A DNA stretch of 64,000 nt from a virus. The DNA is taken from IMG/VR virus record IMGVR_UViG_3300036790_000425, positions 98,436 to 162,435 of that record, one strand, 5' to 3'. Both the position numbers and the translations under genes were made by a program. Below, piece by piece: positions 63,622 to 64,000 of the stretch (position 1 is the stretch's first letter; each line of letters opens with the position of its first letter). The notes under the pieces were generated by a model. That model did no database searches, was not told the DNA's origin, and saw only the letters and a program-made list of their open reading frames with translations.

Positions 63622-64000
63622 GGGGATGCCAGGACAGCGGGGGCCGGCAGCATGCAGCTGGCCGCGGGGGACGCCTGCGGCCCGGCCGTGATGACCAGGA
63701 ACGGCAGGACGGGCAGGCTTGCTGACACTGAGATATGCAGCGGCAGTGGCACCGGGATGGTGATGCGCAGTCCCGGCGGGGGCTGCGGTGACGGTGTCGG
63801 CGTGACTGGCAGTGAGACTGGCGGCGTCGGGTGCACGGGCGTGGTGACGGGCGGCGGCGACGGGTGGCCGCCTCCGCCTCCGCCTCCGCCTCCGCCTCCG
63901 CCTCCGCCTCCGCCTCCGCCTCCGCCTCCGGAGCCGCCGGAACCCCCCGGAGTGCCTCCGGAAGCACTGCCACCCTGACCCGGGGAAACGCTGATACCCG
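63597..64000 (-). CDS. 3' end of a Gly/Pro-rich protein entering from beyond the window
   Basis: Frame reads ...SPGQGGSASGGTPGGSGGS(G)n HPSPPPVTTPVHPTPP... Confidence 0.45.
   Translation of the reverse strand, partial: GISVSPGQGGSASGGTPGGSGGSGGGGGGGGGGGGGGGGGGGGGHPSPPPVTTPVHPTPPVSLPVTPTPSPQPPPGLRITIPVPLPLHISVSASLPVLPFLVITAGPQASPAASCMLPAPAVLASPCPGLSRR
63871..63930. repeat. (CCTCCG)x10 tandem repeat (poly-Gly on the - strand)
   Basis: Perfect hexamer repeat. Confidence 0.95.

Overview
This is ~70% GC DNA from a large tailed actinobacteriophage with a contractile (myovirus-type) tail; the gene order recalls mycobacteriophage Bxz1/cluster C. Most genes are on the - strand. Read from right to left, the window holds: membrane/holin-like genes, a capsid maturation protease/scaffold polyprotein, capsid decoration and major capsid genes, and three homing-endonuclease-like genes (one nested antisense and in frame inside the protease gene). 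Next come an accessory region (vWA protein, BldC homologue, candidate replication origin) and an ~8.2 kb RNA operon. That operon carries 36 tRNAs covering all 20 amino acids, a full RNase P RNA, RtcB, DUF397 and several non-canonical tRNA-like RNAs. Left of it lie the head-tail joining genes, a flavohemoprotein/PNPOx-like pair, tail sheath and tube, Lsr2, a frameshifting tail chaperone, tape measure, baseplate hub, a long tail fibre and baseplate genes. The most novel signal is a set of at least four circularly permuted, anticodon-less tRNA-like modules (T-arm, closed acceptor hairpin, D-arm) in the same operon region as the phage RNase P RNA and RtcB. All calls were made by eye; no database searches were run.
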